From Vitrella brassicaformis CCMP3155 (lineage: Eukaryota > Protista > Chromerida): DNA of 64,000 nt. The position numbers and the translations under genes are program-made. How positions within the stretch are numbered: position 1 is the first letter of the stretch; every line of letters begins with the position of its first letter. The stretch spans positions 62,001 to 126,000 of the forward strand of contig CDMY01000309.1 in the NCBI GenBank assembly GCA_001179505.1, given 5' to 3'. This document shows positions 37,009 to 49,836 of the stretch, one piece after another. Under the pieces are notes generated by a model that made no database searches, had not been told where the DNA came from, and saw only the letters and a list, made by a program, of their open reading frames with translations.

Positions 37009-39366
37009 TCAGCCCTTGACCACCGCCACAGGCCGCAGCTTGACACACATCTGGGAGATGCCCGCATCATGACAAGTCTGGCACACCACACACAAGACAC
37101 GCAAACGCAAAGAGACAGACACTTCGCCGCTGCCAGTGACCACCCATTCCTTCATGGGCAGCTGGCTGGGTGTTTCAGCTGACCTGCACGACTTGTGTGA
37201 CGTCCTTGTACGAGTCGGGGGCCTCCTCCATTATCAGCTTGGGAGACGCCACACGCACCTGCAGGTCAACCAGAGCGTCCGCACACACATGTACACAACC
37301 AGTGAGTGCGTCAGTCAGGTCGTTCATTTAATGCAATGCGTCCGTGTGTGGGCAGGGCACAGCACAAGATACTCACCGATATGCCCCTGTCGTAGAGGTT
37401 TTGCAGCACGGTCTCGTAGCTCAACTCGTTGCGGCTCTTGTTGCGGCTCAGCGCACGACCTACACAAAACACCCCCGGAGACCAACAATCCCATGCATGC
37501 ATCAGCCCTTCCTTCCCCATGATCGAACGTTCATTGGTACCAGCGCCATGGCACGTGCTGCCGAAGGTCTCCCTCATGCCCTTTTCGGTGCCTGTGAGTA
37601 CGTAGCTGCAGGTGCCCATGGTGCCGCCGATGAGCACCGGCTGCCCCGTCATCTGGTAGTCCACCGGGATCAACGGGTGGTGCGGCGGGAAGGCCCGGGT
37701 CGAACCCTTCCGATGCACCAGCAACTGACGCAACTGACCGTCAACCAAGTGCTCCTGACACACACACACACACACATAGGCCGTTAGTGTCTCATCAGGT
37801 GGCCGGTGGTCGCTGCTAGAGTGTGCAGCCACCCACACACACCTCAATCTTGGCTATGTTGTGTGAGACGTCGTAGATGACGTGCATGTCGAGGTCATCA
37901 GGGGAGGCGCCAAACACCTTCGAAAACGCCTGCCGCGTCAAGAACGTCATGCTCGACCTGACACCACACACACAGACCACACAGACACACACACATAGAC
38001 GGCAGGTAAATGTATGTGACGGATAGCTGGAAGCCATTGTGCGGGCCCACGAGACGTCATGCCACGCACCTGTTGACCCATGCGTAGTTGGCTGCTGCGC
38101 TCATGGCCTTGAGGTAGTTCTGCCCCTCGGTGGACTGAATGCGGGCGCATGCCAGCTGCCGGTCGTTGGTCTGGATGCCGTCGCGGCCCATCGCACGCTC
38201 CATCTCGACCAACGCATCGGTCGCTACCTGACACACAGACGAACAAATGAACACGCAGAGAGGGAAGATGTCATGTCGTTGTGTGGGTGTGGTGTCTGGA
38301 GTGGTTTTGTGTGTCTCTCTGTGTGTGTGTGTGCGTGTACCTACCTGGTGTCCGAGTCCCCTTGATCCCGAGTGGATCATGACGCACACCTGACCCTTGC
38401 GATCCAAACCCATCTTCTTGGCCGCCATCTTGTCGTAGATCTCGTCTACAACCTGACACCACACAAACACCACACAACACACGTGTTCGTTTCGTTCCCT
38501 CCCTGCCTGCCTCCCCCCTTCGATCCATCCATCCATTCATTCGCCCATCCCTCTCTTCCCCACCCCAGGCCACCGCCCCACCCACCTGTATCTCAGCGTA
38601 GTGGTTGCCTGCCCCGAGTGTGCCCATCTGCGGCAGGCCCCTCTTCTTGGCGCGGCTGGACACCTTGGTGGGGTCGGCCACCAGCATCCGCCCGTACTCC
38701 TCGCAGTGCTCCTTGTCCTCCGGCCAGGCGTACCCTTCCCGCATCGACCAGTCCACCCCCAGCTGCAGCGCCTCCTCCAGGTCGTTGGGCTTGCACGGGA
38801 TGATGCCCTCGCTACCGACTCCCACAGGGATGTGGTCGAACAGCGCCTGGGTCAGCCGCTCCTTCCGGTCCGCCAGGTCCTTCTCGGTGACGTTGGTGCG
38901 GATGAGCCGCACCCCGCAGTTGATGTCGAAGCCCACGCCGCCCGGCGAGACGACGGCCTCCGGCTTGCTCATGTCGAAGGCCGCGATGTTGCCGATGGCG
39001 AAGCCGTAGCCGCTGTGCACGTCCGGCAGACCGATGGACCGACAAACGATGCCCGGCAGACTCGCCACATTGCCTGCAGGGAGGGAGGCAGGGAGAACGA
39101 ACGAACGAATGCATGTGCGTGTGAGCTTGTGCGTGTGCGTGTGCGGCTGGCTGACCGATCTGCTTGACAGCGGGCAGGAATCCGCCTCTGTCGGAGGGGG
39201 CGCGGCAGTAGTTGCGGAGCTCGTCGAGGATGAGTTTCTCGAGTTTGTCGTTGACGTAGAAGAGTCCCTCGACGTTCATGTTTGGCACGAAGCCCTTCTT
39301 GATGCGGTAGGACGTCCCATCTACTCGCTCCAGGTAGCCGCGCTCCTGCTCGAAGTTGCGCTTCAT
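37009..39366 (-). CDS. RTCB: RtcB RNA-splicing ligase
   Basis: [88 protein letters not shown] and terminal [10 protein letters not shown]. Confidence 0.97.
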
Positions 39367-39612
39367 CTCACACACAAAGTGACGACAGAAATCCTGCAGC
39401 ACACACGTACACGAGATTCAAGGAATGGCACATCAGAAAGGAAGCAGCCACACGCGCTTTCTCACCTGAGTTAATTCTGATTTTTTCTTGCTGTTTTGGC
39501 AGGGTCTGCGGGGTCAAGGGGTTTCTGCGGGGTCACGGGTTTTGGCAGGGTCTGCGGGAACTCGAACCCCGAATAGATTTCCCGTAGATCTGGACAGATC
39601 TCGTCGCCGTCG

Positions 39613-42600
39613 ATGAGTGAGGGGTCGAAGAGGCAGCGGGTGGCAGAGGAAGCCGAGGACGCACACCGCGAGGACGAGATGGACGCTGATGGCCAACAAC
39701 AGCAGCAGCACAGCAGCAGCAGGCGGCGCACGCCACACACAGCATAGACATGGGGGACTTTGCGCAGCGCTTCATCCAGATCGTAAGATGAGATGCACAA
39801 TCCAGTGCCGACGACCAACACCGGAATCCGCACCGTCCCTTGTTTGCGTGGCGTGGGTGTGTCGGTGCAGCCAGCTGTGATCGGTTGCGTCTTCTCGTTT
39901 CTGTCCATCCACCTCGCGGCAGAGTTGCCCCGGCGGCTGTGGAAACACGTCGGCTCCCACATCCTGAACCTGGTGGTCGACACCTACGACACGGCCGAGC
40001 GACGCTTCTGGTGCGGCCTGACAGGGCTGGCATTCGCTGATGCCTTGGCTTTGGGTCGGCTGCTCACACAGCTCCGGTCCATAGTCTTCATTTACCCGAG
40101 GAACAGCCGCGTCAACCCGCGCAAACCCTTCCCAGACTTCCCAGACCGCAGACGGGGCTACTGGGCGACCAGGGGAAACTGGTGGGGCTTCATCTCGCCG
40201 CTGAGCCACGCGCATGACGAACCATTTCACAAGGCTGTGCTGAGTGCGGGGACCGACATCATCGCCGTCTTGGTGGAGGGGCACTGCGAGGAGCAGAGAG
40301 CCGCGGCGGTGGCTCCAGGGCCGCCGGCACGCGGCACGCTGGAGTCGATCGAATTCATCAAGGGCGGAAGGACACTTGTCATCGAGGAAGATGAGTACGA
40401 CGAGCTCACCTCCATCCGACGGCAGGCTGCAGCCGACGGCCTCCCCGCCCCCCTCGACCCTCCTCCCAGCCTCGATGCCCTCTCGACCATCAAGGGCATC
40501 GGCCACCACGACTTTTATCGCCACGACCGACATTGGCAGCTGCCGTCCCTCCGCTGCCTGAAGGACCTCCGATGCACTCCCAACAGCCTGGCTGGTTCCC
40601 TCGCGCGGATCTCCGTCGCAGAGGCGGGCCAGGCGGGCCCCCTGGCGCAGCTCGAGGACATCGGCGTGCTGGACATGCGGGACCCGCGTAATGGAGACGA
40701 CGGTATTCTTGCGTACGGCAAGTGGAAGGAGGGGTTGGATGGTCTGAAAGTACAGAGGCAGAGGGAGGAGGGAGGGAGGGAAGCAATGGCGATGTTGCCA
40801 TGAGGTGTGTCCATGTCTCGACATGCAGACCGTTCTCGACGACCGAGGCTGCCACTCCCTCAAGAATGTGAGCGTGCGCTTCGAGAGCATGTCATTCGAT
40901 ACCGACTTTTTGGCGGCTCTGTCGGCCATCGAGACCTTCAAACAAACCGTATGTGTGTGCGCCGCCGACATCCCCGTCCACATCAAGATACCCGTCTTCG
41001 ACCTTTCTGTCCTCTGCGACGTCGGACTCTCCACCCGCCCCGAGCCCGAGCCCTCCCCCGCCGTCGAGAGGCGAATCCAGCAGATGGCAGCCGACACACC
41101 GTGGGCGGCCTTCTTCGTCGCCCCCCACCACCTCACCACCCCTCTTGACACACCGAGCCCCGCTGCAAGCACCAGGTGTGTCTCTGCTACCAGCGTGGAT
41201 TCAATTGATGGGTTTGGCTGGCACCAGGTTTTTCTACTATTCGCGCCTCGGCGAGCCATGGGCCCACGCCATAGCGACTCTCGACTTCTCAGGCAGACAA
41301 GCCGCAGAAGACAACACGGCATCCATGTATGACCTCGTATGTTGGGCACCTTGTTTGTGTTGTCAGGGTTGAGCAAATGCGCGCAGAAAGATGCGGCGCG
41401 TGGTATCGTCCCGTTGATCGGTGCGGCAGCCGGTAGTCAACTTCGTGCGTACTTCGACGCCATACATCTGACGGGGCCGCCTGGAACATTGGCCAGGGCC
41501 TGTGGCCACGTGCTCTGGCAGGAGTTCAAAGGGTGGTCCGACATAGAAGCAGGTCAGCAGGAGCCGATGACAGTGCCGGTGGTGTGTCAGCCCGTCGCCT
41601 GCCCGTTTTTCTGTCTGTGTCCAGGCGGCAAGGTGTTCCCGATCGCAGGTGCTTACTACGACACGCCTCTGGATCCGTGTATGACGCCCGCACGATCCCC
41701 TGGTGACTTGACGGGAGAGCGGCACACCACAGACACGGTGTACCTTTATCTGCAGCTGGCCTCGACCCACGCATGCCCATGGGCCTGTTGCAGCACATCC
41801 TGAGACACCCAACAATGTCGGCCAAGCAGCATTTCTGGCTGTCGTGGTTCTCTCAGAGGAGCTGGCTGTGGAAGTCCTTCGATCGCGACGAAGCACTGGC
41901 GGCCTCGCTGGATTACGTCGACATGCCCTACAGAGAAGTGAGATGTCTCCCGTGACACGAGGCCGATGTGACTGGGTTCTGTGCTCGGCTGTGTCAGTGG
42001 AAGTATGGCATCAAGACTTACGACATTGAGACCAAGGAGAGCATGGCACCCCGCATCAGCTCGATGCCTTTCCTTTGGCCTTCATTCGACCCAAAAAAAC
42101 AGGTGTCCCTTAGCAACGATAACACGCACATCCAGTAGCATTTTTCTGTCGTTGCGTGTGCACGATCAGCGGTTGATCTTCCAGCGCAAGACCTTGCTGC
42201 CAACGCCCTCTACGGCAAATATGGCATTACCAAGGAGGGCAAATTCAGGCTGTACGTGAGTGTGGCGGCGCACGGGCCGGAGGACGCTATCTGGATCATG
42301 GACAATCTAGCTTTTGAGATGGCTCGTGGCGGAATAGTCGATTCACACGGGGTGAGGTGGTGCAGCATGGGAGTGAGTACGTGTTCCACCGCCATGCTTC
42401 TGTCTCTTCTGTCTCTGTCAGGGCACCGCCAATGCGCAAAAGAACAAGGCACTTGCCCGTGCTCACGAGCGGGGAGGGCTGGCCATGTGGAACGGCATTG
42501 GCTACTAGTACCCTCATGCAACACACACTCGATGGGTGGATGGGCGATTTCTCTGTGTGTGTGTGCAGTGAAAAGAACTTCGGCCAGAAAGAAAAGCAGG

Positions 42601-43871
42601 GCGGGTACCTCTATCTTATCCGCTGTCAGCCCAGCGCCATGTCTGACAACAAGGAGGTGCAGCGACAGATCGTGCGAGTGCTGGATCCATCCTTTTCTGG
42701 AGACAAGATTCCGGCCAGGAAGTTTCTCTATCCGAAGGGTCTGCTCGACCGCTTTGGCCCCAAGAAAAGTGTGCGTGGTGCCAGCGAGCTGGACAGGGTC
42801 CGCGCCGCCTGGAAAAACGTGAAGCTCGCTATCCTGCGTGTCAAGAAAGGTAAGACACAGACACAAGCAGCATTTGCTGATGCCGGAGAGGCCACTCGGG
42901 TGCGTGTCTCTTCAGATGGCAGCTTGTTGGTCTCGACCAACCCCACGGCGTTCAGGGAGAAAGACGCCCTCATGAAAGAATTGCGGGGAGACCAATGTGA
43001 CGGCTCGTGCCAAGCCGACAGCTTCTGACACACTTTTCACTTCTTTGGTTGGTGGCTCATGGGTCGGCGAGACACTTCTTTCGAATGTCGGCAAAGGCGA
43101 CACTTTTCACTTGCAAACAGATAGGGGGAGTGAACTGGCCTTGTGTTGGGCTGTGTGTGTGCCAAGGCAGTCGAGGTCAGGGAGGAGGAGCGTTCCGTCC
43201 AGGTGGGTTTCCCCAATGCCGCCGACGGAGCGGAGCCCCAGGACCCCGACCCGCTTGTGATCGACCTGATGCCCCTCGACGCGTTCCCTAACGCGTATCG
43301 CTTTGAAGTCAACCACGAGAAGGGCTCTGTGATCGGAAGCAAGCTGGTCACCAGAATGCCCGCCGTGAGAGAGATGGCGCTGGGTAAGATGAATAAGGGC
43401 AGCGCAGTGAGGCTGCTGGAGGCGCTGGGGGGGACAAGGCATTGGAATATTTCGAGGCCAAGTGCGTGACTGGTGTGTGTGAGGGCGGACTTGCGTGGGG
43501 CGACCGTGCCGAGCAGCTGCCGACCATCACACGGCTAGATGTCAGCGTACTGGGTGAGTCATAGGTTCTGTCTCTCATCTGAACTGCCCATCCCATGCTG
43601 CCTCTCTTCGTGTGCCATTGCCTGTGTCACTGCTGCAGTGCCTCGGGATTTGGGTGATGGCGATGCCGCTGGCGAGTTCGGCATTGCCTGCGTCAAGTCG
43701 CTGCTCAAGATCCGAGGCATCAAAGTGCTCAAGCTCTGTGTGCAATCTGGCGCCTTCAAGCGGCTGGTGGAGGAACGAACCAATGGCGACACCGTTGAGG
43801 GGCTGGAGGGGCGATTCGAGTACATTGCTTGGAACGTACACAACACTCTCATGGTCAAGCCACACGAATGA
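39613..43871 (+). pseudogene. Expanded family copy 2: frameshifted and split by an insertion of about 2 kb
   Basis: A frameshift in the CAG tract (about 39710) gives TAG at 39745. Homology stops at PSPAA (about 41168) and resumes at about 43165. A 7-G run at 43427-43433 is one G short of the frame seen in the paralogues. Confidence 0.75.
41175..43028 (+). CDS. Unrelated intron-containing hypothetical gene (fragment) nested in copy 2
   Basis: GT-AG-bounded open segments (GLSKCAQKDAARGIVPLIG..., FWLSWFSQRSWLWKSFDRDEALAASLDYVDMPYRE, WKYGIKTYDIE, GGYLYLIRCQPS...). Stop at 43028. No homology to the host family. Confidence 0.4.
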
Positions 43872-44435
43872 CACCTAGGAAAGACCGACTAGAACAGTCA
43901 GTGAGTAAGATCATCCTGCAGTGCTGCTGGTTGTGTGAGATATTTTGTGGGTCATCCATCCATTCATTGATCTGTCAGGTCGCCGTGTGTCGGCCGATCA
44001 GTAGTAGTTGATTTGTGCGACTGTAGGAATGGGGATACCGTCATGCAGACTTGGTGTGGTGAGTGTGTATGTTCAATGGGCTTCGCTGCGATGTGCGGCC
44101 TCTGCACCAATGGCGTGCCATGCCACGTGCCATGTATTATACGCTCATTTTATGTGGATTTTGCCGTGAGTTTGTCCTGGTTGCGTGTGGGTCCTGGTAC
44201 GTGTCCGCGTTATGCGCGTTCATCGGGACGATGTGTGGACAAGTGGACGAGTGCTGGATGCGATCGGTTGATTATCTCTCTCACGCGGCCGCCCGCCCTG
44301 AGGCTAGGCTGGAGAATGTCAGTGTGTGCGCCTTTCATTCATTGGGGGGAGAACTGTCATTAACCGTAACACTCGTCTGTGTGTCCGTGATACTCATACA
44401 AATACAGTCCCATCAGCACGCAGACTCAAACAGGC

Positions 44436-45770
44436 TCAAGGGGAGGAGGGATCAATCCCCGCCCCATCAGCACACCCCAGTCCCGCAAACCCTCCCCTCC
44501 CTCCCCCACGCAGACAGAAGCTAGTCGCACGCGCGAGGGCGATAGACAAGCGAGAGCGAATCCATCCAGACACATGACTGAACCCCCGACCCTTCCACCC
44601 CTCCTTCTCCAACAGCGCATGAGCCATGTGGGCGATGAACACGTTGGCATCGTGTCCCCACACACCGTCACACGTCACCACCAGAGGGCAGAAGGTCACG
44701 CGGGAGTCGCAGACGGCCGAGCGGTNNNNNNNNNNNNNNNNNNNNNNNNNNNNNNNNNNNNNNNNNNNNNNNNNNNNNNNNNNNNNNNNNNNNNNNNNNN
44801 NNNNNNNNNNNNNNNNNNNNNNNNNNNNNNNNNNNNNNNNNNNNNNNNNNNNNNNNNNNNNNNNNNNNNNNNNNNNNNNNNNNNNNNNNNNNNNNNNNNN
44901 NNNNNNNNNNNNNNNNNNNNNNNNNNNNNNNNNNNNNNNNNNNNNNNNNNNNNNNNNNNNNNNNNNNNNNNNNNNNNNNNNNNNNNNNNNNNNNNNNNNN
45001 NNNNNNNNNNNNNNNNNNNNNNNNNGCTACCACCCGGCGGTCGATGTGCGGCAGGGCGGCCTCCCTCTTGGTCTTGTGGGCGACGTCCTGCTGCTGCTTG
45101 CTCCGGGTGAGGGCGTGGCGGATGGTGGCACGATGGTCGCCAGGGTGGAACGGAGCCTTGCCTTGGACGGACTTGGAGACCACCTTGGTGCTCGCGCGGG
45201 AAGCGGGGTAGGCGGCTGCGGCACGGTCGAGAGGGTCACGTATGCCGGTGCCGCCATGCCGGGCAGGCAGCAGCATCAGGTCGACCTCGGACGGCGTCAC
45301 AGGGCCGCCGAGGAGGGCCGGCAGCAGCTCCTTGGCGATGGCCTCGCGGAGGGGGCTGAGAGCGCACTCGTCGGTGAGCACGACGCGAAAGACGTAGTCC
45401 CACTCCATCTGCAGAGACCTCGTCATTGCCGCGTGGGCCGTGTGTGGGAAGTTGCGGGCAGCAGACGTGAGCGCGCGCACGCCGCGCACCCACCCCTCGA
45501 CCTTCTCGCAGAGGAACGCCGCCCTTCCCCCCTCATCGCCCACGTAGCCGCCCAGGAACCTCTTGCCCGTGACGATCTGCACCCCCTCGGGCTCGAAGAG
45601 TTCCCTTGCGATCTGCTCGAGCTCGGGTTTGACGACGAGGAAGGACTTGGCGGTCTCTGGGTGATAGCCGTATGAGGGACCGATGCGACGCAGGGCTCGA
45701 AACCACACGAGGATGCCGTGAAGTTTGCCGAGCGCCGACGAGTCATCCGCATACCAGCACTGCCGCAGCG
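44436..45770 (-). mobile_element. 5'-truncated non-LTR retrotransposon, CRE-like (RT C-terminal half plus restriction-like endonuclease)
   Basis: WYADD at 45742-45756, followed by YGYHPETAKS, RFLGGYVG and LPARHGGTGI. After the gap, FCPLVVTCDGVWGHDANVF...WIRSRLSIALARATSFCLRG is the C-terminal REL signature. Confidence 0.88.
44726..45025. other. Assembly gap (300 N) inside the retrotransposon
   Basis: 300 N. Confidence 1.
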
Positions 45771-46075
45771 GAGCGCTAGATGAAGAGGCCGACGGGGCCG
45801 ACGAGGCCGACAAACTCTCTTCCTCACCAACTCCAACACCTTCTACATCAGAACACACACATACACCCGCACCATCCCCCTCTGCTTCTGGTGGCGTGTC
45901 ACTGGCTTCTTCTGGCCTCTCTTTCATTCATTTTATTCAAACGCTTTCGTTTAGTGTCACTTGAGAATGTCGAAGAAGACGTCCGAGAGCGTCGAACACG
46001 CCATCGTTTGTTTCATGGATGCCATGTGCCAGGGTTGAAACCCACACCCTAATTGTCGCCTGGTGGACAATCGGG

Positions 46076-48223
46076 ATGAGTGAGTCGGCATCGAAGCGGC
46101 AGAGGCAGACGGTCGAGGGAGAGGAGCATGGCTTGGATGACGGACACCACGAGGCCGTGATGGACACCGACGGCCGGCAGCAGCAGCAGCAGCAGGAGGC
46201 CACGGCATCGCACACCACACACACCATAGATCTGGAGGCCTTTGCACAGCGCTTTAGCCAAATCGTAAGCTGAGATGCACCAAACGAACCACTGGCAAAC
46301 ACACACATCCTCATTGTCTCCTCTCTCTGTGTCTGTGTGGTGTGTGTTGTGCACTCAGCCTGTTGTTGTCGCCTACGTCTTCTCGTTCGTGTCGCTTCAT
46401 TTGGTGGCGGCGCTGCCCCAGCGGCTGTGGCGCCACGTCGGCTGCCAGATCACCCAGCTGGTCATGGACACCTACGACACCGCCGAGCGGCGCTTCTGGT
46501 GCGGCCTCTCCTTCGCTGACGCCTTCGAGTGGGGCCGGCGACTCACACAGCTCAGATCCATTGTCGTCATGTACCCGAGTAACCTCCGCGCGGACAGAGA
46601 GCCGCAGCGGCCACAGCAGCCGGGCGGCAGGCGCCAACCACCTTGGAGTCCATCGACATAATCAAGGGCGAATCGGCCATAGTCGTCGACGAGGCCGAGG
46701 GCCGCGATATCCGAGCTGCTAGAGAGCGGTTGGCGGCTCTCCCCCCTGCCCTCGACCCGCCACTCACCCTCACATCCCTCAGGTCCATCACAGGTGTCCC
46801 GGGGGGATATGAGCCCTCCTACCCGGGCCGCGGGCGGCACTGGCAGCTGCCCTCGCTCGAGAAGGTGCAGGTGCGGGGGATGCTGTATCGCGGTGAGATG
46901 TTGGGAGAGCTAGTGGGGACGTCACGGCGCCTCAAGGAGCTGCACGTGGAATGCCACCCTGACGTCATGGCCAACTCGCTGGCGCAGATCCCGGTGGCAG
47001 CGGCCGGCCAGCCGGGGTTGCTGTCGCAGCTGGAGGATGTCGGCACGCTCAGAATGTCGAGCGCGAGCGCTAGGGGTCTGGAGCGCCTTCAGGTATGCGA
47101 CGAACCACACAAGCTACACAAAACCAGAGAGAGTGGGCGAGAGCTTCCTTGTGATGTGCGTGTGTCTTTGTGCAGGCCGTCCTTGTCAACCGCGGCTGCC
47201 GCTCCATCAAGAAGCTCAAGGTCACGTTCGAGGAGCTCTGGACCGACAGCAGCATCTTTGCACCCCTGTCGGCCATCGAGGCCTTCAGACGTGCCGTCTG
47301 TGTGAGCCTTGATATTTCCGTCGCCATCAACAGCAACCGAGGCTTTGACCTGTCCCTCCTCTGCGACACCCCCATCCGCCCGGAGCCCTCCCCCTTCGTG
47401 CAGAAGCACATCCAGCAGCTGGCGGCCAACGCCACCACGGCGTCCTTCTTTTTCGGCCCCGAGCACTTCGCCACCCCCGGGCCTCTCGACACGCCCAGCC
47501 CCGCTGCCATCGCCCTCGCACAATCCCTGACCTTCCCCGAGGCGAAGGAAGTGGTCGTCGGCATTAACGTCGAAGAGCTCGACGTTGATGCTGACCAGCC
47601 TGACCCACTTGTGATCGACAGCATGCCACACAGCGCATTCCCCGCCGCATCGCGTCTGTCGATTCAAACGAGCGAGGTGCATGCGGGTGGCCGCAGGCTG
47701 CTGACCAAAATGTCCGTCGTCAAGAGCATCGATCTGGATGAGCCCACAGAGGCGGATGCGGCGGGTGTGCTGGAGGCGGTGGGGGGGGAGAGGGAGTTGG
47801 AGTGTTTCAACGCCAAGTGGGTGACGGGTGTGGGTGAGGGGGGGCTGACGTGGGGCGACCATGCCGACCAGCTGCCGACCATCACACGGCTAGAGGCCAG
47901 CGTAGAAGGTGAGCCATGAGATCTGTCTCCTCCCATGATGTCTCTCGTTGTGTGTCCTTCCCCATGTCTCTGCAGTGCCTGAGGATTTGGGCGATGGCGA
48001 TGCCGCTGGCGAGTTCGGCATTGCGTGTGTCAGGTCGCTGCTCAAGATCCGAGGCGTCAAGAAGCTTCGGTTCGCGCTGTGCCGAGGTGGAGGGCAGAGC
48101 TTCAGGCGGCTGGTGGGCGAACGGACGCATCGCGATACCATTGGGGGGCTGGAGGGGCGGTAGGACATCGAGTGGTGGGGATATCGGGGAGATTCCCTCA
48201 CTCTCAAACGGCTTGACACCTGA
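46076..48223 (+). pseudogene. Expanded family copy 3 with an internal deletion/frameshift and a premature TAG
   Basis: Exons 1 and 2 are nearly identical to copy 1. The frame changes at about 46590, where roughly 100 nt present in copy 1 is missing. TAG at 48161-48163 precedes the ancestral ...LTLKRLDT* stop at 48221. Confidence 0.75.
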
Positions 48224-48776
48224 CGAAAGACGACAGGTGCGTGCGGTTTGGCTACCTTGGATCGATGCGCGCGCTTGTCCACTGCCGGGGGTGTGTGTTC
48301 GGCTGTCTGTTTACCTGTCAGGCCGGCCCGTCAGTAGCTCATGTGTAGAATGGGTTGCAGAGGGAAGGTGGTTGAGGTGCTGCCACGATGGAGGGATCCT
48401 CTCGTGCGTGGCTGCTGGACTAATTGAGCCGCAGACATCCAGCTGCAGACTAATAATATGATCACGGATGTCTGCGTGCTGGACAAAGCATCGAAGGCTG
48501 AAAGTTCATCGGCCGCATTTTCTCTGATTGCTGCAGTGGCATGGCCATGGACAAAGATAGCCACATTCACATGCTTCCACTACCAGTACCTACCAGTACT
48601 ATGTCCCTGCCCGTAGCTCTTAAGTTTTGAGCGGCCATCCATGCATTCATCGATCAGCATCCATCCATTCATTCATCGCTGCAGCTTCCCTTCCGTGGAT
48701 GCCTCTCTCTGTCTCTATCTCTGTCTCTGTGTCTGTCGTTCCTGCCTTCCCTGGCCTGGTCCTTCTTTCCTTCACG

Positions 48777-49826
48777 TCAGCGCATGGCGTGTACGAAGCC
48801 TGTGTGCCGCGCGACCGCAGTCGAGTACAGACTCGCAGTGTTGAGAACGGCTCCCTGACCAACACAACACATCACGTCACGAGACACATTGATGGATGTT
48901 GTCTTATGTGTGTGTTAGGCAGGTGTGCTGGTTCGCTGTGAGTGGGTGGATGATATCATGAGTCACGTCTTTTCCCAGACTGACGAGATAGTTGTGAAGC
49001 GTCAAGTAGTCGGTGTGCTCGGCCGGCAAGTTGATGTGGTCGGTCGACAAGGCAAAGACTCTTATTACGATGCTGTCGAAAGAACAGACAGAAAGCGGAG
49101 ACAGACAGAGCAGAGAGTGTCCGTCCATTGTGTGATAGAGAGAGTGTGGTTTCTTCCCTCCCACCCACCAGTTGAAGGGTCGGGTAGATGAGACGTGCGG
49201 ACAGGGTCCTGTGTACGGTAGAGCCACCTTCGCCCCTGATTGCATCGCATCGCATCGCATCAATCAATGGATGCCATTGATGCGATGTGTGGCACATTCA
49301 TGTCATTCATGTGGACTGACTGCGATTGACTGATTGATCGTACCAACCAAGTGCATTGAGGTCTGTCGAGTCTGATATTGCTGTGACGGTCTTGGGGAGG
49401 TCGTAGACAAGCATCAGGGGCTGAGGGGCGTGTTGGTCATACTGTGCCTCACACACATCACATACATACATATATATCACACCCATCATCATGTCTCTCT
49501 TTTTTTCTGCTCTTACGGCGATGAGAACGAACGACTTGGTGCCGCTCGGTGCATCCTCCCAATACAGCTGAGGCGTCTCGTTCTTGTCTCCACACTCCAA
49601 GCCGTAGTATCTATCAGGCAGTGCCAGAGACTTGTCGTCAGGCAGCTCACAGAAGGAGCTGCCGAATTCCCGGCAGTCGAGTACACGGAGAAGGCCTACA
49701 CAGTCGACTGTGACAATGAGAGTGACAGTTTTGTTTGTTTGTTTGACCGACCAGGGCATGGTGGTGGTGTGAGACGAAGCAGCAGACGAGCGACACGACG
49801 AGGCACTGCCAGCGAAGCAGCATCAT
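48777..49826 (-). CDS. Secreted YbhB/YbcL-type PEBP (Raf kinase inhibitor-like) protein
   Basis: Signal peptide MMLLRWQCLVVSLVCCFV; NETPQLYWEDAPSGTKSFVLIAYDQHAP, YTGPCP, IRVFALSTDHINL. Multi-exon; stop at 48777. Confidence 0.8.
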
Positions 49827-49836
49827 GGTGCTCGAT

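Noticed and set aside
42190-42250. DLAANALYGKYG resembles the PolB NSLYGKFG motif
   Set aside because: The upstream phase-0 donor does not lead into this frame, and no other PolB motifs (DxxSLYP, YxDTD) were found.
48331-48570. Minus-strand ORF with a helical-looking peptide (AAIRENAADELSAFDALSS)
   Set aside because: Short and isolated, with no supporting exons.
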